A stretch of 64,000 nucleotides of DNA from a virus. Positions within the stretch are counted from its first letter, which is position 1. Each line of letters opens with the position of its first letter. The stretch is taken from IMG/VR virus record IMGVR_UViG_3300009026_000007, positions 1 to 64,000 of that record; one strand, written 5' to 3'. Of the stretch, positions 29,629-40,856 are shown in pieces. The notes under the pieces were generated by a model that was not told the origin of the DNA, made no database searches, and saw only the letters and a list, made by a program, of their open reading frames with translations. Both the position numbers and the translations under genes were made by a program.

Positions 29629-29756
29629 CAATCTCGGAAGAGTAGTGTCCGAAAAAATTCCGAAAAGTTTTCTGCAGGCCACGATTTACAAGGGCTGTAG
29701 AGATTTGCCCTTAGGACTAGGTACTATCTAAATAACACAGAAAAAGAGAAGAAAAT

Positions 29757-30998
29757 ATGGCAACTAAAATTGAAGTTTTAGATAAGATTATGGGCAGCGG
29801 TAAGACTACAGCGATCTTAAAATGGTGTGAACAAAACCCCACTACTGCGTTCCTGTATGTGACACCTTTGTTAAGTGAAAGTGAGAAACGTGTAGTTGAT
29901 GCTTGTGTAGAAGCTAAGTTCATTGCACCTAATACAGAAGAATTTGAAACTAAAGGGGAACATCTTTTAGATTTGTTACAATCTGGTGTTAACATCTCTA
30001 TTACTCATGCTCTTTACTCTAGTTTAAAAGAAACACATTTACAGTGGATCACACTAAATAAATATACTATCATTCTTGATGAAGAAGTTAGTTTTATTGA
30101 ACCATTTACAAGCAGCTATAAAAAACAAGATTTTGATTATCTCCGTTCTTTGAAACAAATTGAAGTTGCAGAAGATGGTAAACTTCTATGGTTGAATGAT
30201 GATATTGATAATGGTGCTAAGTACTCTAAACTTGCTAATATGTGCCGCCTAGGCATGATTTATCAAGCTAAGCGCAGTGAGAATATGTTTGTAACCCAAC
30301 TGCCTATGGGATTGATTCATTCTGCTAATCGTGTAATCTTGTTAACTTATTTGTTTAAGGGAAGCATTCTTTCTTCTTTCTTGCAACTAAAAGGAATTCA
30401 TGTTGTTGATTTTAAAGATGTGGAAGTAAAAGAGGTTTCTAAGAAGTCTTTAATTCCTTTGATTGAGTATGTAGGAGAAAAGCAAGTTAAAGACTGGGCT
30501 GGTGAATCTCTATCTTCTTCATGGTATTCTAAGAAGAACCAGAAAGATTTAACACAACTTAGTAACTCAATTAGATATATTGGAGATGCAAATAAGGCTA
30601 AAAGTACAGACTTAGTTTGGTGTGTACCATCTACACTTGTTAACCCTACAAAGAAGGGAGCTAACAAAATTAGTCCTAAAGGTTATAGTGCAGGTACTGG
30701 TGAGATTGATGAAGATGGGATTGCTCACGGTTGTTTCCTAGCCTGTACAGCTCGTGCTACTAACGCCTATCGTGATCGTTCTGTATTGGTGCATGCTTAT
30801 AACCGTTTTCCTCATGTCTCTGTTTCTTCATTCCTACAAGATTATGGTGTGGATGTTGACAACAATCAATTTGCATTGTCTGAGCTAGTCCAGTTTGTGT
30901 GGCGATCACAGATTCGTGATGGAAAACCAATTAAGATTTGCATTTTGTCAAAAAGGATGCGATCATTGTTTCAGAACTGGTTAGCTCAAGAGGACTAA
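29757..30998 (+). CDS. Superfamily 2 helicase-like protein
   Basis: Walker A MGSGKTT, YVTP, Walker B IILDEE, motif VI QFVWRSQIRDG. Confidence 0.8.
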   Translation: MATKIEVLDKIMGSGKTTAILKWCEQNPTTAFLYVTPLLSESEKRVVDACVEAKFIAPNTEEFETKGEHLLDLLQSGVNISITHALYSSLKETHLQWITLNKYTIILDEEVSFIEPFTSSYKKQDFDYLRSLKQIEVAEDGKLLWLNDDIDNGAKYSKLANMCRLGMIYQAKRSENMFVTQLPMGLIHSANRVILLTYLFKGSILSSFLQLKGIHVVDFKDVEVKEVSKKSLIPLIEYVGEKQVKDWAGESLSSSWYSKKNQKDLTQLSNSIRYIGDANKAKSTDLVWCVPSTLVNPTKKGANKISPKGYSAGTGEIDEDGIAHGCFLACTARATNAYRDRSVLVHAYNRFPHVSVSSFLQDYGVDVDNNQFALSELVQFVWRSQIRDGKPIKICILSKRMRSLFQNWLAQED

Positions 30999-31001
30999 GA
31001 A

Positions 31002-34000
31002 ATGAACACCCAACAACTAAAACAATTTGATGAATCCTATCAATGGTGGGCTGACTTTCTAGCTGCTCGGCGGGAGGCTATACATGCTATGCATCGTCTA
31101 GGTAAATCGTTTGAGGATATTCAATCCACTTTAGGTTTTACCTATCCAGATCACGCTAAGGCTATTTGGACTGGTACACGTTCTATTTATGAGGAAAAAT
31201 AAATGAAAGTTTGGATAGTGACATACGAAGTGAATGCTTATGACCAAGAAGGTGAATACTTCCAGTGTGGTTTTGTAAATAAACCGACCTACGAACAAGC
31301 TTTAAACTTGCTTGATGGTCTTGGTGTGATTAATAAAAACTATTCTGGCTATGCCGGGGATTACATTGAGAAATGTGTTAATAAATTCCTAGATGGTGGT
31401 GGACGTATTAGTACAGAGCATTGTTGGTACAATCTGAGAGAAGAGGATTTTAAATAGTGCACAACCTAACAACAAACCATATTATCGTCAGAAGGAGAGG
31501 TACTGATGAAAGTAGAAAAATTCACAGATGAAGTTGTAAAGATAGGGGATGCTTTTCTAGCTTTATCTACGATCCATTCTATTAGCCCCGTGTACTTGAA
31601 TGGTATACGTGGATATGGATCTGTTTGGTATTCATTTGATGTACAAAGTGCATTAGGTGGTAGTATAGGTACAAAAATAGGTGGTGAAGCGATTGAGTAT
31701 TGGGAGCTGCCATCAGAGACTTTTAGACAGATTGATCAAGAAGAGCATGAGATGTTTATTAATAAGAAGATTGAACTACTTGTTGTCAGAGATGAGTTAG
31801 TACAGTTATGGTGTGAGTATTTGGAGAATAATAAATGAAAATGAAACAAGTCTCACAAAAAGACTGTGAACACATTATGAATTTATGTGGAGCTTACAAG
31901 TATGGTAATCAATATTATCGAAATGTCAGCGACTGGAGATTAGATACTCTTGTAGGAGAATATAAACAAGGTCAGTGGGAAGTTCCAAACTACCTCTACG
32001 AAGCCTACATTAGGCCGGGTTATGCAGTAAAAAGTACCCCAGAAACCTTGCAAAGCTATTCTCTATGGGATAGACTGTGTTGGTCAATTAAACGTATTTG
32101 GGAGGTATGAAATGCTGGTATATAAAAACATTACCCTTGTAAAATCATCTGATGGTGATTGGGAAGGGTTGTATCTTGATAACCAACTGTACACAGAAAA
32201 TCACAGCCTACGTCTAGAAGATGTGTTTGAAATTATTAATGATCACCACATCTCAGAAGCTGTGTCATTTGAGATTGATTGTGATTGGTTAGTTGAGGAC
32301 CAGGGCGGACTCTTACCAAATTTTCTTAGTGATATTCCTGAAGGTGCAAGGGTGTAATGTCTCTATCAAAATGTGACGGCACATCCTGCCCTGTAAAACA
32401 CAAATGTCAACGCTTCCTACAAACCCCTCTTGTGAAATATCAGAGTTATTTATGCATGATTATAGCTTGTAAGGATATGGACGAAGATGGGTGTAAATTC
32501 TTTATAGAGAGTGAGGAGAAAGAGAATGAATTGGTATAATGAGATTTGTGCTAATGGACTTACTGAGAAACCCCCTAAAGATATACCTAAACCTAAATGG
32601 GCAACACACTCATTTAAAAGAATGGGAAGGATTCTTTATGGCAACCTTTACGGTGAAAGTTTGATTTGGGTTAATGAAGAAAGAACCTTGTATTATACAA
32701 ATGAAGATATAGACCAAGGGTCTTTGTTAAAATTCTAAGAAAATGCCTTGACACACCTCTAAAAACCACCTAAGCTATCCCTACACACAGAATATTGAGG
32801 AGAGATGTTATGAAGAGTCAATTTAACCTACGTCTGAATGAGAGATGTGAATCTCACTCTTGCTCAGAAGGTGATCATGCTAACCGCTGCCCCAAAGATG
32901 GTAAGTTATATGCTGTGTGGGGAATTGGTATTGAGTACAATGATCGGCACGAGTATTATCTTTGCGAAGAGGGTGTCAGTATTGATGTAAATCATGGGTT
33001 TACAGTTCAGGAGATTACAGAATGAAGCAACCAAAGAAATCAGCCACTGTATCGGTGAAAGCATCCCAACAACAAATCCTAGACGCACAGAAATGGCTAC
33101 AGTTTGTAGCCCATTGCCAAATCAAGTGGGAATGTCTCTCACCAGATTGGCAAGAGTTCTATTACAATATGGGTGATACGGGCTCTTCTAGTGAACTGTT
33201 GAATGAGTCTATTAGTAAAGCTATTGAAGGAGATAAAGAATGAGTAAAATTAAGCTGTTATACTTCAAACCAAGTGGTAAGTGGGGTTATGAAGGTGAAC
33301 TTGAATGGGTTGATCATAGTTCTATGTTTTCGCTAAGGGAGCATGTAAGAAATCTAACTGCTACTAATAATCTTCCAGGCTTATCTTCTGGTTCTTGGGA
33401 AGGGCCAATTTACATTGATGCATCTGAACACCCTCTAGGGTTTCCGCAATTAATTATTTAAGGTCAATTAAACATGAACATCCTACAATTACGTGACACA
33501 CTCCGCCAAGCAGAACAAGCTTACACTAAAGCTAAAACTAGCTTGGACGGGAGTATTGAATTAATCCAAGCAAAGTCAGCTTTGAAAGATGCAAGGTTTA
33601 ATTATGCAGAGGCTTGCCAAGATCTTGTTGAGGAAATGATAATGATGGGAGAATTGAAATGAATCCTAAATATTCACAAGGTGAATCTATTATTTTGCAA
33701 AGTCTCTCTTCACCAGAAAGTAATGGTGAGTATACAATTCGTCAGGTAGTAAAACAGGGTGAAATGTATAAGTGTAGACATGCTGGCTGGGATGTTATAA
33801 ACGTTGAAGGATTGGGATATATTCTTGAGGAAATTGTAACACTTTCAGAAGCTGACGACGACACACCGATTGAAGGCATGTGGGCAGAATCAGCCTTACG
33901 TAAACGTCATGAACCTTCCCAAATGTCTTTCCAATCCCTTATCCAAAGTATCAATAGTCCAGTGAAACAAGAGAGTTAGCCATGAAACTCCTAAAAGATA

Positions 34001-34092
34001 TAACAACAATATTCATTATTCTATTCACATCTATCATAGCCTTTGGAGCAATTATTGTTCTCTTCAAGGCGATCTTTGGTTCAATGGCTAAT
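31002..34092 (+). other. Run of small early hypothetical CDSs (31002-31202, 31203-31457, 31506-31838, 31835-32110, 32112-32357, 32357-32539, 32526-32738, 32810-33025, 33022-33243, 33240-33461, 33474-33662, 33659-33979)
   Basis: Co-oriented, tightly packed ORFs with SD sequences and ATGA overlaps. Confidence 0.6.
32748..32776 (+). promoter_or_regulatory. sigma70-type early promoter
   Basis: TTGACA-17-TAAGCT. Confidence 0.65.
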
Positions 34093-34188
34093 TTATTTGG
34101 GTGTATTGTCCAGCCCTTGCCAAGAATGGGTAGAGTCTGTAAAAGTACCTAAGCTTGAAAATATCTGAATAATCTTACCAGAAACCTC

Positions 34189-34217
34189 TTGACGGCTTGA
34201 GAGGTTTCGATTAAGAT
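34189..34217 (+). promoter_or_regulatory. sigma70-type early promoter
   Basis: TTGACG-17-TAAGAT. Confidence 0.65.
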
Positions 34218-34274
34218 TATGCTTGTATCCGAGCACACATAAGAAGTAAGACAAACAGATATTGGAGAGATAAC

Positions 34275-34526
34275 ATGAAATACCCAATTGCAAATATCCC
34301 TTATGCTGGTGATGCTGGTTATCGAGTAGTGGGCTTCAAGATTCAAGAAGGTGATGAGGCTTATGGTCTTTATGGCCTATCAGAACCTGCAACATGGTTC
34401 AATAAATTTATCAAACAAGGCATCAAAAATCATGACGGACAAAAGCTTTTGGTTGAGCATATACTGAATACAGACAAGGGTATCTCTGACACAACACGTC
34501 AAATTCTTGAGGGGTTTTTGAAATGA
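34275..34526 (+). CDS. Hypothetical protein
   Basis: ORF with GGAGA SD after promoter. Confidence 0.65.
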   Translation: MKYPIANIPYAGDAGYRVVGFKIQEGDEAYGLYGLSEPATWFNKFIKQGIKNHDGQKLLVEHILNTDKGISDTTRQILEGFLK

Positions 34527-34810
34527 AATATTCAATTGAACAAAAGCGTCAACTACTCGATTCCTTCGCTGGTAAATATTACAGCATTGATTGGGTAAAA
34601 TCTAACGGTGAGTCCCGTCAAGCAACAGTTCAACACATGCAACACAAGATGTTTGTAGGTGGTCACGCAACCAAGGCTAATGTCAGCACTGTTGCACACA
34701 AAATCGAGATGTATACGGCAGTGGATGTGGTTAAACAGGGCTGGATTAATGTGAATTTAAACACACTGAAACGTGTAAAGTGTGGTAATTTAGAAGTGGA
34801 ATTTGAGTAA
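34523..34810 (+). CDS. Hypothetical protein (SH3-like beta fold suspected)
   Basis: GK.YSI.W.K.NG..R...D....W..VNL.T pattern. Confidence 0.6.
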   Translation: MKYSIEQKRQLLDSFAGKYYSIDWVKSNGESRQATVQHMQHKMFVGGHATKANVSTVAHKIEMYTAVDVVKQGWINVNLNTLKRVKCGNLEVEFE

Positions 34811-34875
34811 AATTACTTATGCCGGTTGCCTACAGAGGCCGTCGGTCGTGATTTCTGATTATTTGGAGTTGGGTC

Positions 34876-35439
34876 ATGAATGAAGTGAAGCGGTATGACG
34901 AATATGAGTGCGGCGTGCGTGAATGTGCAGAATATGGCGAGTACGTTAAATCAGAAGACTTCGACCGGGTAACCGCCGAGCGTGACGCGGCGCTGGGGCG
35001 CGAGGATGCGTTGACCTTTGCATGTAACTCGTGCGCCCTAGAGGTAACCCAAATCAAAGAAAGCATGGCCTATCGCGGAAGCCTGCTATGCCGAGTTCAA
35101 GCTGAGCGTGACGCCCTGCAACAGCACCTGACCGCTGCGGATGAGCGGGCGGATGTGCTGGAGGGGTTGTTGCGTGAGGTTCAGAAGTCCGCGCGCAAGC
35201 AAGACTGGGCAAGTGGCTATCCGACACTGTTCGCAAGTGTTGATGCCGCACTCAAGCCAGCAGAGGCCAAGCTGTGCAAGACCTGCAACGGTACGGGCAT
35301 TGTGAGTGAAGGCGCCATGTACTGCTCTTCTGGCGGAATCCCTTTTGAGTGCGGCCCCATTGAGTGCGTGAAGGACTGCCCGGAGTGCACAAAACCATGG
35401 CCCAACTCCCCGCCTACTGCCAGTGCCTACTGGCAGTAG
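34876..35439 (+). CDS. Prophage-type hypothetical protein (Ead/Ea22-like region)
   Basis: EVKRYD...G.YV...DFDRVTAERDA...LQQ.LTAADER.DVLEGLLRE and C-terminal CxxC zinc motifs; GC-rich codon usage. Confidence 0.7.
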   Translation: MNEVKRYDEYECGVRECAEYGEYVKSEDFDRVTAERDAALGREDALTFACNSCALEVTQIKESMAYRGSLLCRVQAERDALQQHLTAADERADVLEGLLREVQKSARKQDWASGYPTLFASVDAALKPAEAKLCKTCNGTGIVSEGAMYCSSGGIPFECGPIECVKDCPECTKPWPNSPPTASAYWQ

Positions 35440-35465
35440 GCACAACTGATTTGCTGAGGTGATTT

Positions 35466-35612
35466 ATGAATAAGCCGGTCTGGTATTACGAGAGGGGGGC
35501 GCTTCGCGTCCTAATCGGAAATCTTGAGGTTATATGCCCCGATATAGGTCTGCCTCTAGTCAGGATGGTCGCCCTGACTATCCAGCACTGCAAGGAGTCG
35601 AAACTGTTATGA
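35466..35612 (+). CDS. Small hypothetical protein (48 aa) in GC-rich insert
   Basis: Unlisted ORF MNKPVWYYERGALRVLIG... with GAGGTG SD and ATGA overlap with next gene. Confidence 0.55.
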   Translation: MNKPVWYYERGALRVLIGNLEVICPDIGLPLVRMVALTIQHCKESKLL

Positions 35613-36036
35613 CCACCAACCAAACGATTGACGGCGTGCCGCGTGAGGCATTCAAGTGGGCGTTAGAGCAGCTTGAGGAAGACGGGAACAAAGGCTGCGG
35701 CTACTTCGACAGTCTGCGCGCCCTGCTGGATTCGCCTGCCGTGCATCCTGATTTGGGCTCTAGTCCAGCCAACCACATGGCATGGCTACTGGACAAGGTA
35801 GTTAACCCTGGCGAATACCCGGTCCATGTTCTGCATGAGCAGATACGCTCAACATTGGAAGTTCTCGGTAAGCCAGCCGCCCAGCCCCAGGGCGAGCCGG
35901 TAGAACTGGCGGTGCTGCCAGAAAGAGCTGATCACAAAAGCGACAATGCCCCAACCCGGCATTCTGCGAAGATGAAGATTTCGCACATGGCTGGAACGCC
36001 TGCCTCGACGAAGTAAAGAGGCTGAATACCAAGTAA
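35609..36036 (+). pseudogene. Prophage-type protein MTTNQTIDGVPRE..., frameshifted near 35935-35955
   Basis: The typical C-terminal GWNACLDEVKRLN motif lies in the -1 frame, ending at TAA 36036. Confidence 0.6.
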
Positions 36037-36039
36037 CCG

Positions 36040-36067
36040 TTGACAACACCTAAATCTATGCTAATAT
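36040..36067 (+). promoter_or_regulatory. sigma70-type early promoter
   Basis: TTGACA-16-TAATAT with TGn extension. Confidence 0.6.
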
Positions 36068-36132
36068 CTACACAAAGGAGAAGGAAATAAGTCTTTCTCT
36101 GTTTGTTGATAATATAGGTTTAGGAGGTTTTT

Positions 36133-36333
36133 GTGTCACTTAAAATGTGTAAGTGCAAATCATGTGGGGTGCAGATTGGCGTTAAGTCTGGGTTGTCTGG
36201 TGGTGGGCATTGTGTTGCCTTGTTGCTTACATTGTTCACTGGGTTGCTATTTGCTCCAGTGTATTTGTTGATGATTCTGGTTAGTGGCAACACTCGTTGT
36301 TCACAATGTGGCAGTGTTGCTAAAGCTATTTAA
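36133..36333 (+). CDS. Small membrane protein with split zinc ribbon
   Basis: CxxCG - hydrophobic hairpin - CxxCG; AGGAGG SD with GTG start. Confidence 0.65.
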   Translation: MSLKMCKCKSCGVQIGVKSGLSGGGHCVALLLTLFTGLLFAPVYLLMILVSGNTRCSQCGSVAKAI

Positions 36334-36344
36334 AGGAGAAATAT

Positions 36345-36788
36345 ATGGAATGGTTTTTGATTTATCTATTTGTAATGGTTGAACGCGTTGGTTCAATGCT
36401 TATGTTTGGTTGGCTGTTTTTCTGGCTAGGCATTGGTTTGATTGTATTTGCTTGTATTGTTTCAGCTTGTTTAACTGAAGGTTGGGATAATAAAACAACG
36501 TTTAAAGATCATTGGACAGAGCACGCTTTCATTAAGTTACTCAAACGAAGCGCTAAGATTCTTATTCCCTTTGGTTTTCTCATTGGAACAATTGGTTTTC
36601 TCATGCCAAGCCAGAAGGACGCAGCTATCATTGTAGGCAGTGGAGTCACTTACAATGTTTTGACAAGTGAAACAGGTAAACGCCTTGGCGGGAAGGCTGT
36701 TGAATTGCTGGAGCAGAAGATTGACAATGCTTTGAATGATAAACCTATAGAGCCAGAAAAACCTAAGACCAAGGGTCAATCACTATAA
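36345..36788 (+). CDS. Membrane protein
   Basis: Two to three TM helices; PSQKDAAII motif. Confidence 0.7.
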   Translation: MEWFLIYLFVMVERVGSMLMFGWLFFWLGIGLIVFACIVSACLTEGWDNKTTFKDHWTEHAFIKLLKRSAKILIPFGFLIGTIGFLMPSQKDAAIIVGSGVTYNVLTSETGKRLGGKAVELLEQKIDNALNDKPIEPEKPKTKGQSL

Positions 36789-36807
36789 ATAATCTGAAAT
36801 TTCTTTC

Positions 36808-36834
36808 AAAGGCCCTTGACGGGCCTTTTCTTTT
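36808..36834 (+). terminator. Rho-independent terminator
   Basis: AAAGGCCC TTGAC GGGCCTTT TCTTTT. Confidence 0.7.
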
Positions 36835-36881
36835 GCCTTAGAATTGACCTAACGAAACAGATAAAGCCTTTGAGGTGTATC

Positions 36882-39608
36882 ATGAGAAATTACATTGTAG
36901 CAAGCTGGAACGACGCTGATCAATATGACTACTCTGGTCAGATGGTCGGTAATCGCCAGTCTAAATCTCAGAAGGTACACTTCAATCCTGATGGATCAGC
37001 TTGTACAGCCTCTTATGCTGATCCTACAGATAAAGTAGCCCGCAAAACATCTATCCCACTTCGTCAACGTATCCTCCCACAAGAAGTGCGTTTGAACACT
37101 CTTGACACTCAAATAGAAGAACTCAATCAAGAGTATAATTCTAATAGAATGTCTTATGGTGAATATGTACAACTCAAGACAATCCTTGACAAAAAGAGAG
37201 CAAGGGCTTGGGAGTTGTATGTAAAAGCTGGTGGGGTTGTCCAAGAATCAATTGAAGAGGATGAATTATCGATAGAATCAGCCTATGAAATCAACGATAG
37301 TTATTCAGCTAACTCCGTGTGTGGGGTAGGGATTATCGACGATTTGAGTGATGAAAATTGCCTGAAAGTATTTTTACAAAAGGCTTGCACGATAGCTAAA
37401 AGTTTAGTAAAGTTGTCTCAACGGGCAAAAGCCTATTACCAAGAATTAAAAGAGGTGTAAGATGATTACTGTAAATGAAAAACAAGCAAACGTAGAAGAG
37501 TTTGAAGTTGGTACAGTTATTTACGATTCAAAAGCGGGAAAAGATCCTAAAGATTGTCTTATTCTGATTGTAGAGGGTTACGACACAATCAACGAAGGTT
37601 GCTTTGCTGGTATTTACTTGAAAAGTCTTCGATACAGCGATGGACTAAGTAAAACCCACGCCGACTGGAAACTTTTTACTGGTAGTATCACAATTCAAAA
37701 CGATTAGGTGATATCATGAACATCCTCCCAAATGACATTGTATACGTCTTAAATAAATCCTCTACAGCTATTGTATTGTGTACGTATGGGCGTGACATCA
37801 AGTCGTCATCACCTTACAGTAAGCATAACAAGACACAAGCTTGCCTTAAGAGTCCAATTGAAGGTAAGCGTTATTGGAGCATTAACGATTTGAATAAGGT
37901 GGTGTGAGATGGACAAATACCAAGCTTTGTTTGTACGAGCAATTAAAAGTAAATCTCCCGATTTTCGTGTTAAACGTCTTTACTCTAGGTTTTATTGTTC
38001 ACAGGTAGCTGAAATCCACATCTGTCGAGTAGTAAGTAAAATCGTAGAACATAACAACTTAATGTCTACTAAAGATTGGATTGATGGACTTAACCCCATT
38101 AATGGTTGGATGTACGGTATTGATGAGAATACAAGCTACTACGAACGCTGCAACAAGTTAATGTATAGCTTTATTCGATTAACCGAAATCAGCAAGTTTG
38201 ATAAATTTCCTCTACCAGCATTCTGGAGAAACAAATGACAAACACACAAGCATTCACTAAAGCTTTCTCCTTGCTTGAGAAGGGGATTAAGGCTAAGCTG
38301 TATAAATCTAATGGAATGTGGGTTTGTGAGGAAGTGAAATGAATAAGTATGATGACAGTGTAATAAGCCAAGCTTACTTAAATGGCTATCAAGACTTTGA
38401 GAATCATGGTTATGATGTACCTTGTCCATATCACCCTGAGACAAAAGAATCAAGTTATTGGACTATCGGTTTTAACGATGCTGTTAAAGACCATTCTGAA
38501 TATAAGAGTAGCTACTAATGAAACATATCCAACAACACAATGAACAAACATCTTTCCAGAAATTCGTTAAGACATCTAAGCGAGAAGTCTTTGAGGGATT
38601 GTATCCTAAAGAAGATAACCCTAAGAAAAGTTATAGTAAGCAACGATCATTTAAACGAGATATGTGGAGTGTTGAGTGATGGAAAGTTTTGAGGTTCTTA
38701 AATTTCATGTCGCCAAGTTTAATTACTCGCTTGATGACTACGAACAAATGTCTAATTCCATGAACTTAACAGCTTGCAGACTCTTTATTAAAAATTGTCG
38801 AGAGAAGTACCCCAACGCAGAATATGTTATTATTGCTGTCCTTGACGAGTGATTAAATATGAACCCTTTTAATGTTGGTGCAAAGGTATTGTGTGTCCAA
38901 GGTACTGCTGATCTTAAGTCTGGAGATTATTACACTGTTAAGGTTATCTATGAAAGTGTCTATAATTATACATATGAACTAGAAGAACTTCCAGATATGT
39001 ATTGGAGTCATTTACGTTTCGTAGAGGTTGATTAGACATGAAATTCATTGAAAACAATACATACACTCTACAAACTGACTATTACAACAGTGTTAAAGTA
39101 GTGTGTACTTATATTGAGGATAATACTGTTTGGTTAGTTCAACACTCATCATTCAGTTTTGTAGGTAATCTGTCAGAGTATAAGCTTGATAGGAAGACTG
39201 ATAAGCTGTATAAATGGGACTGTAAGTTTCCGGGTTGGGAAGCTATTGAGAACACGTTGTCTGAAGAGACAGTGGAGGATGTGTGGTCTAAAGAATGGGC
39301 AATAGCTCTGACTATTATTCTGGGGTTGGTCAGGATTGAATATGAATAATTGGATTGATGTAAACCATAAGCTACCATTTACACCTAAAGATCTAGAAGA
39401 ATCAAAAACATTAGGGATGAACTGGTATAGCAGTGATCCTGTTCTTTGTGTAGTAGATTCTCCGTTTACACCTAAGCTTGTAATAGCTATCTTACAGTTT
39501 GATGGTTATGCAAAGAAGTGGGGAGATATAGACAGAGACGAATATCGAGGAACAGCGAAGGTCACTCACTGGCAACCGCTGCCAGGGCTACCAAACAAGT
39601 CAAAATAA
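36882..39608 (+). other. Run of small early hypothetical CDSs (36882-37460, 37462-37707, 37716-37907, 37909-38238, 38679-38852, 39038-39349, 39336-39608 DUF551-like, plus several under 60 aa)
   Basis: Co-oriented ORFs with SD sequences; 39336-39608 has WIDV...LP...VTHWQPLP. Confidence 0.6.
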
Positions 39609-39612
39609 ACCC

Positions 39613-39641
39613 TTGACGGGATACTAACAACCCTGTAAACT
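39613..39641 (+). promoter_or_regulatory. sigma70-type early promoter
   Basis: TTGACG-17-TAAACT. Confidence 0.65.
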
Positions 39642-39678
39642 CAATCCTAACAGAACGACATTCTCTAGGAACACAGCC

Positions 39679-39822
39679 ATGAAGCAATTAAGAACACCAA
39701 TGTTTACAATGCTTGATGGATCAGAGGTTGTTTTGTTACAGCCCTATTGGAATGCTTATACACATAAGCTGTTCTTGGTGCTTGGTGACCATGGGATGTA
39801 TTGTCCTGTGGTTTTTGATTAA
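39679..39822 (+). CDS. 47-aa protein, copy 1 of a duplicated gene
   Basis: Unlisted ORF MKQLRTPMFTMLDGSEVVLLQPYWNAYTHKLFLVLGDHGMYCPVVFD*. Confidence 0.7.
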   Translation: MKQLRTPMFTMLDGSEVVLLQPYWNAYTHKLFLVLGDHGMYCPVVFD

Positions 39823-39832
39823 GGTGAATGTT

Positions 39833-40279
39833 ATGTCTACTTGGCAAACAAGCATAGTGAAAGCCAGAGCCTATGCCAAAGAGTTGGGTGTATCTCACAT
39901 TAAAGACAGAAGTCACATATCATTAATAAATGCGATTAATGATTGCTTGAATGATGAAGTAGATGTAGAATCAATTAAACGCAATATGCTTGATGTTGAT
40001 TACACACAAAACCTTATGTCAAACATCCTCAATGAAGTTAGCCTTCAGACAGGAATTTCTGTAGATAACCTAAAAGGATAATTAAATATGAAAGGTGAAG
40101 ATCTTAAAAAGCTTCTGTGTTATGTTTATAACAATGGTTACCAGGCAGGACATTACGATACTGTTGAAGGGGGCTACACAGATGTTATGTTTGTTGACTT
40201 TACAGATTATTACGAAAAGGAAACTCAAGAGTTATTGGCTGAATTCCTTAGTGCTTACGTTTATTGCAAAGTTACATAA
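39833..40279 (+). other. Two small hypothetical CDSs (about 39833-40081 and 40088-40279)
   Basis: Co-oriented ORFs with SD sequences. Confidence 0.55.
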
Positions 40280-40293
40280 TTAAGGAATATTAT

Positions 40294-40833
40294 ATGCATT
40301 CTGGATTAGATAATATAAGTCTGCAAAAACAAACAGCAGAACTGTTATATAAGCAAATAACCATCATTGACCCAGAATGCATTCTGGTAGGAGGTGCCCC
40401 AAGAGATTGGTACTTTAACCAAGAAGCCACCGATCTAGATTTTTTCTTTGTTCCTAGTGCAGAAATTTCTATCCAGTATTTAATGTCACTATTAGGAATA
40501 TCCTTAGTTAGTCGTAGAGGAACAACAGCACACCATCTCTGTGAGAAAATGCCAGGACCACTAAAGATATGGGAAGCTGTGTTTAACAGTATTAAGATAC
40601 AGTTGGTTGAAATATCTTCCAAAGAGATTATGAGTGTTGCTGTTGATGAACTTCATTTATCAATATCTAAGATTGTCTGGTTGCCCTCAGATAACTTCAA
40701 AATCCATAAAGATTTTAGTAAGACACTTGAAACAAGTATTATCTATGGTAAGAGTGGCTATGATTTAAATAGCCCATACGCACAGAAAATACTAGCTAAA
40801 TATAGCCCTTTAGGGTATTCTCTAGACTTATAA
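40294..40833 (+). CDS. Nucleotidyltransferase (tRNA nucleotidyltransferase / poly(A) polymerase head-like)
   Basis: LVGGAPRDW......DLDFF class II NTase motif A. Confidence 0.75.
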   Translation: MHSGLDNISLQKQTAELLYKQITIIDPECILVGGAPRDWYFNQEATDLDFFFVPSAEISIQYLMSLLGISLVSRRGTTAHHLCEKMPGPLKIWEAVFNSIKIQLVEISSKEIMSVAVDELHLSISKIVWLPSDNFKIHKDFSKTLETSIIYGKSGYDLNSPYAQKILAKYSPLGYSLDL

Positions 40834-40856
40834 ACTCTAAATTGAAAAGGTGTAAA

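Noticed and set aside
35534-35608. Upstream start for the 35534-36016 ORF
   Set aside because: That stretch is occupied by a 48-aa ORF whose stop overlaps ATG 35609, the better start.
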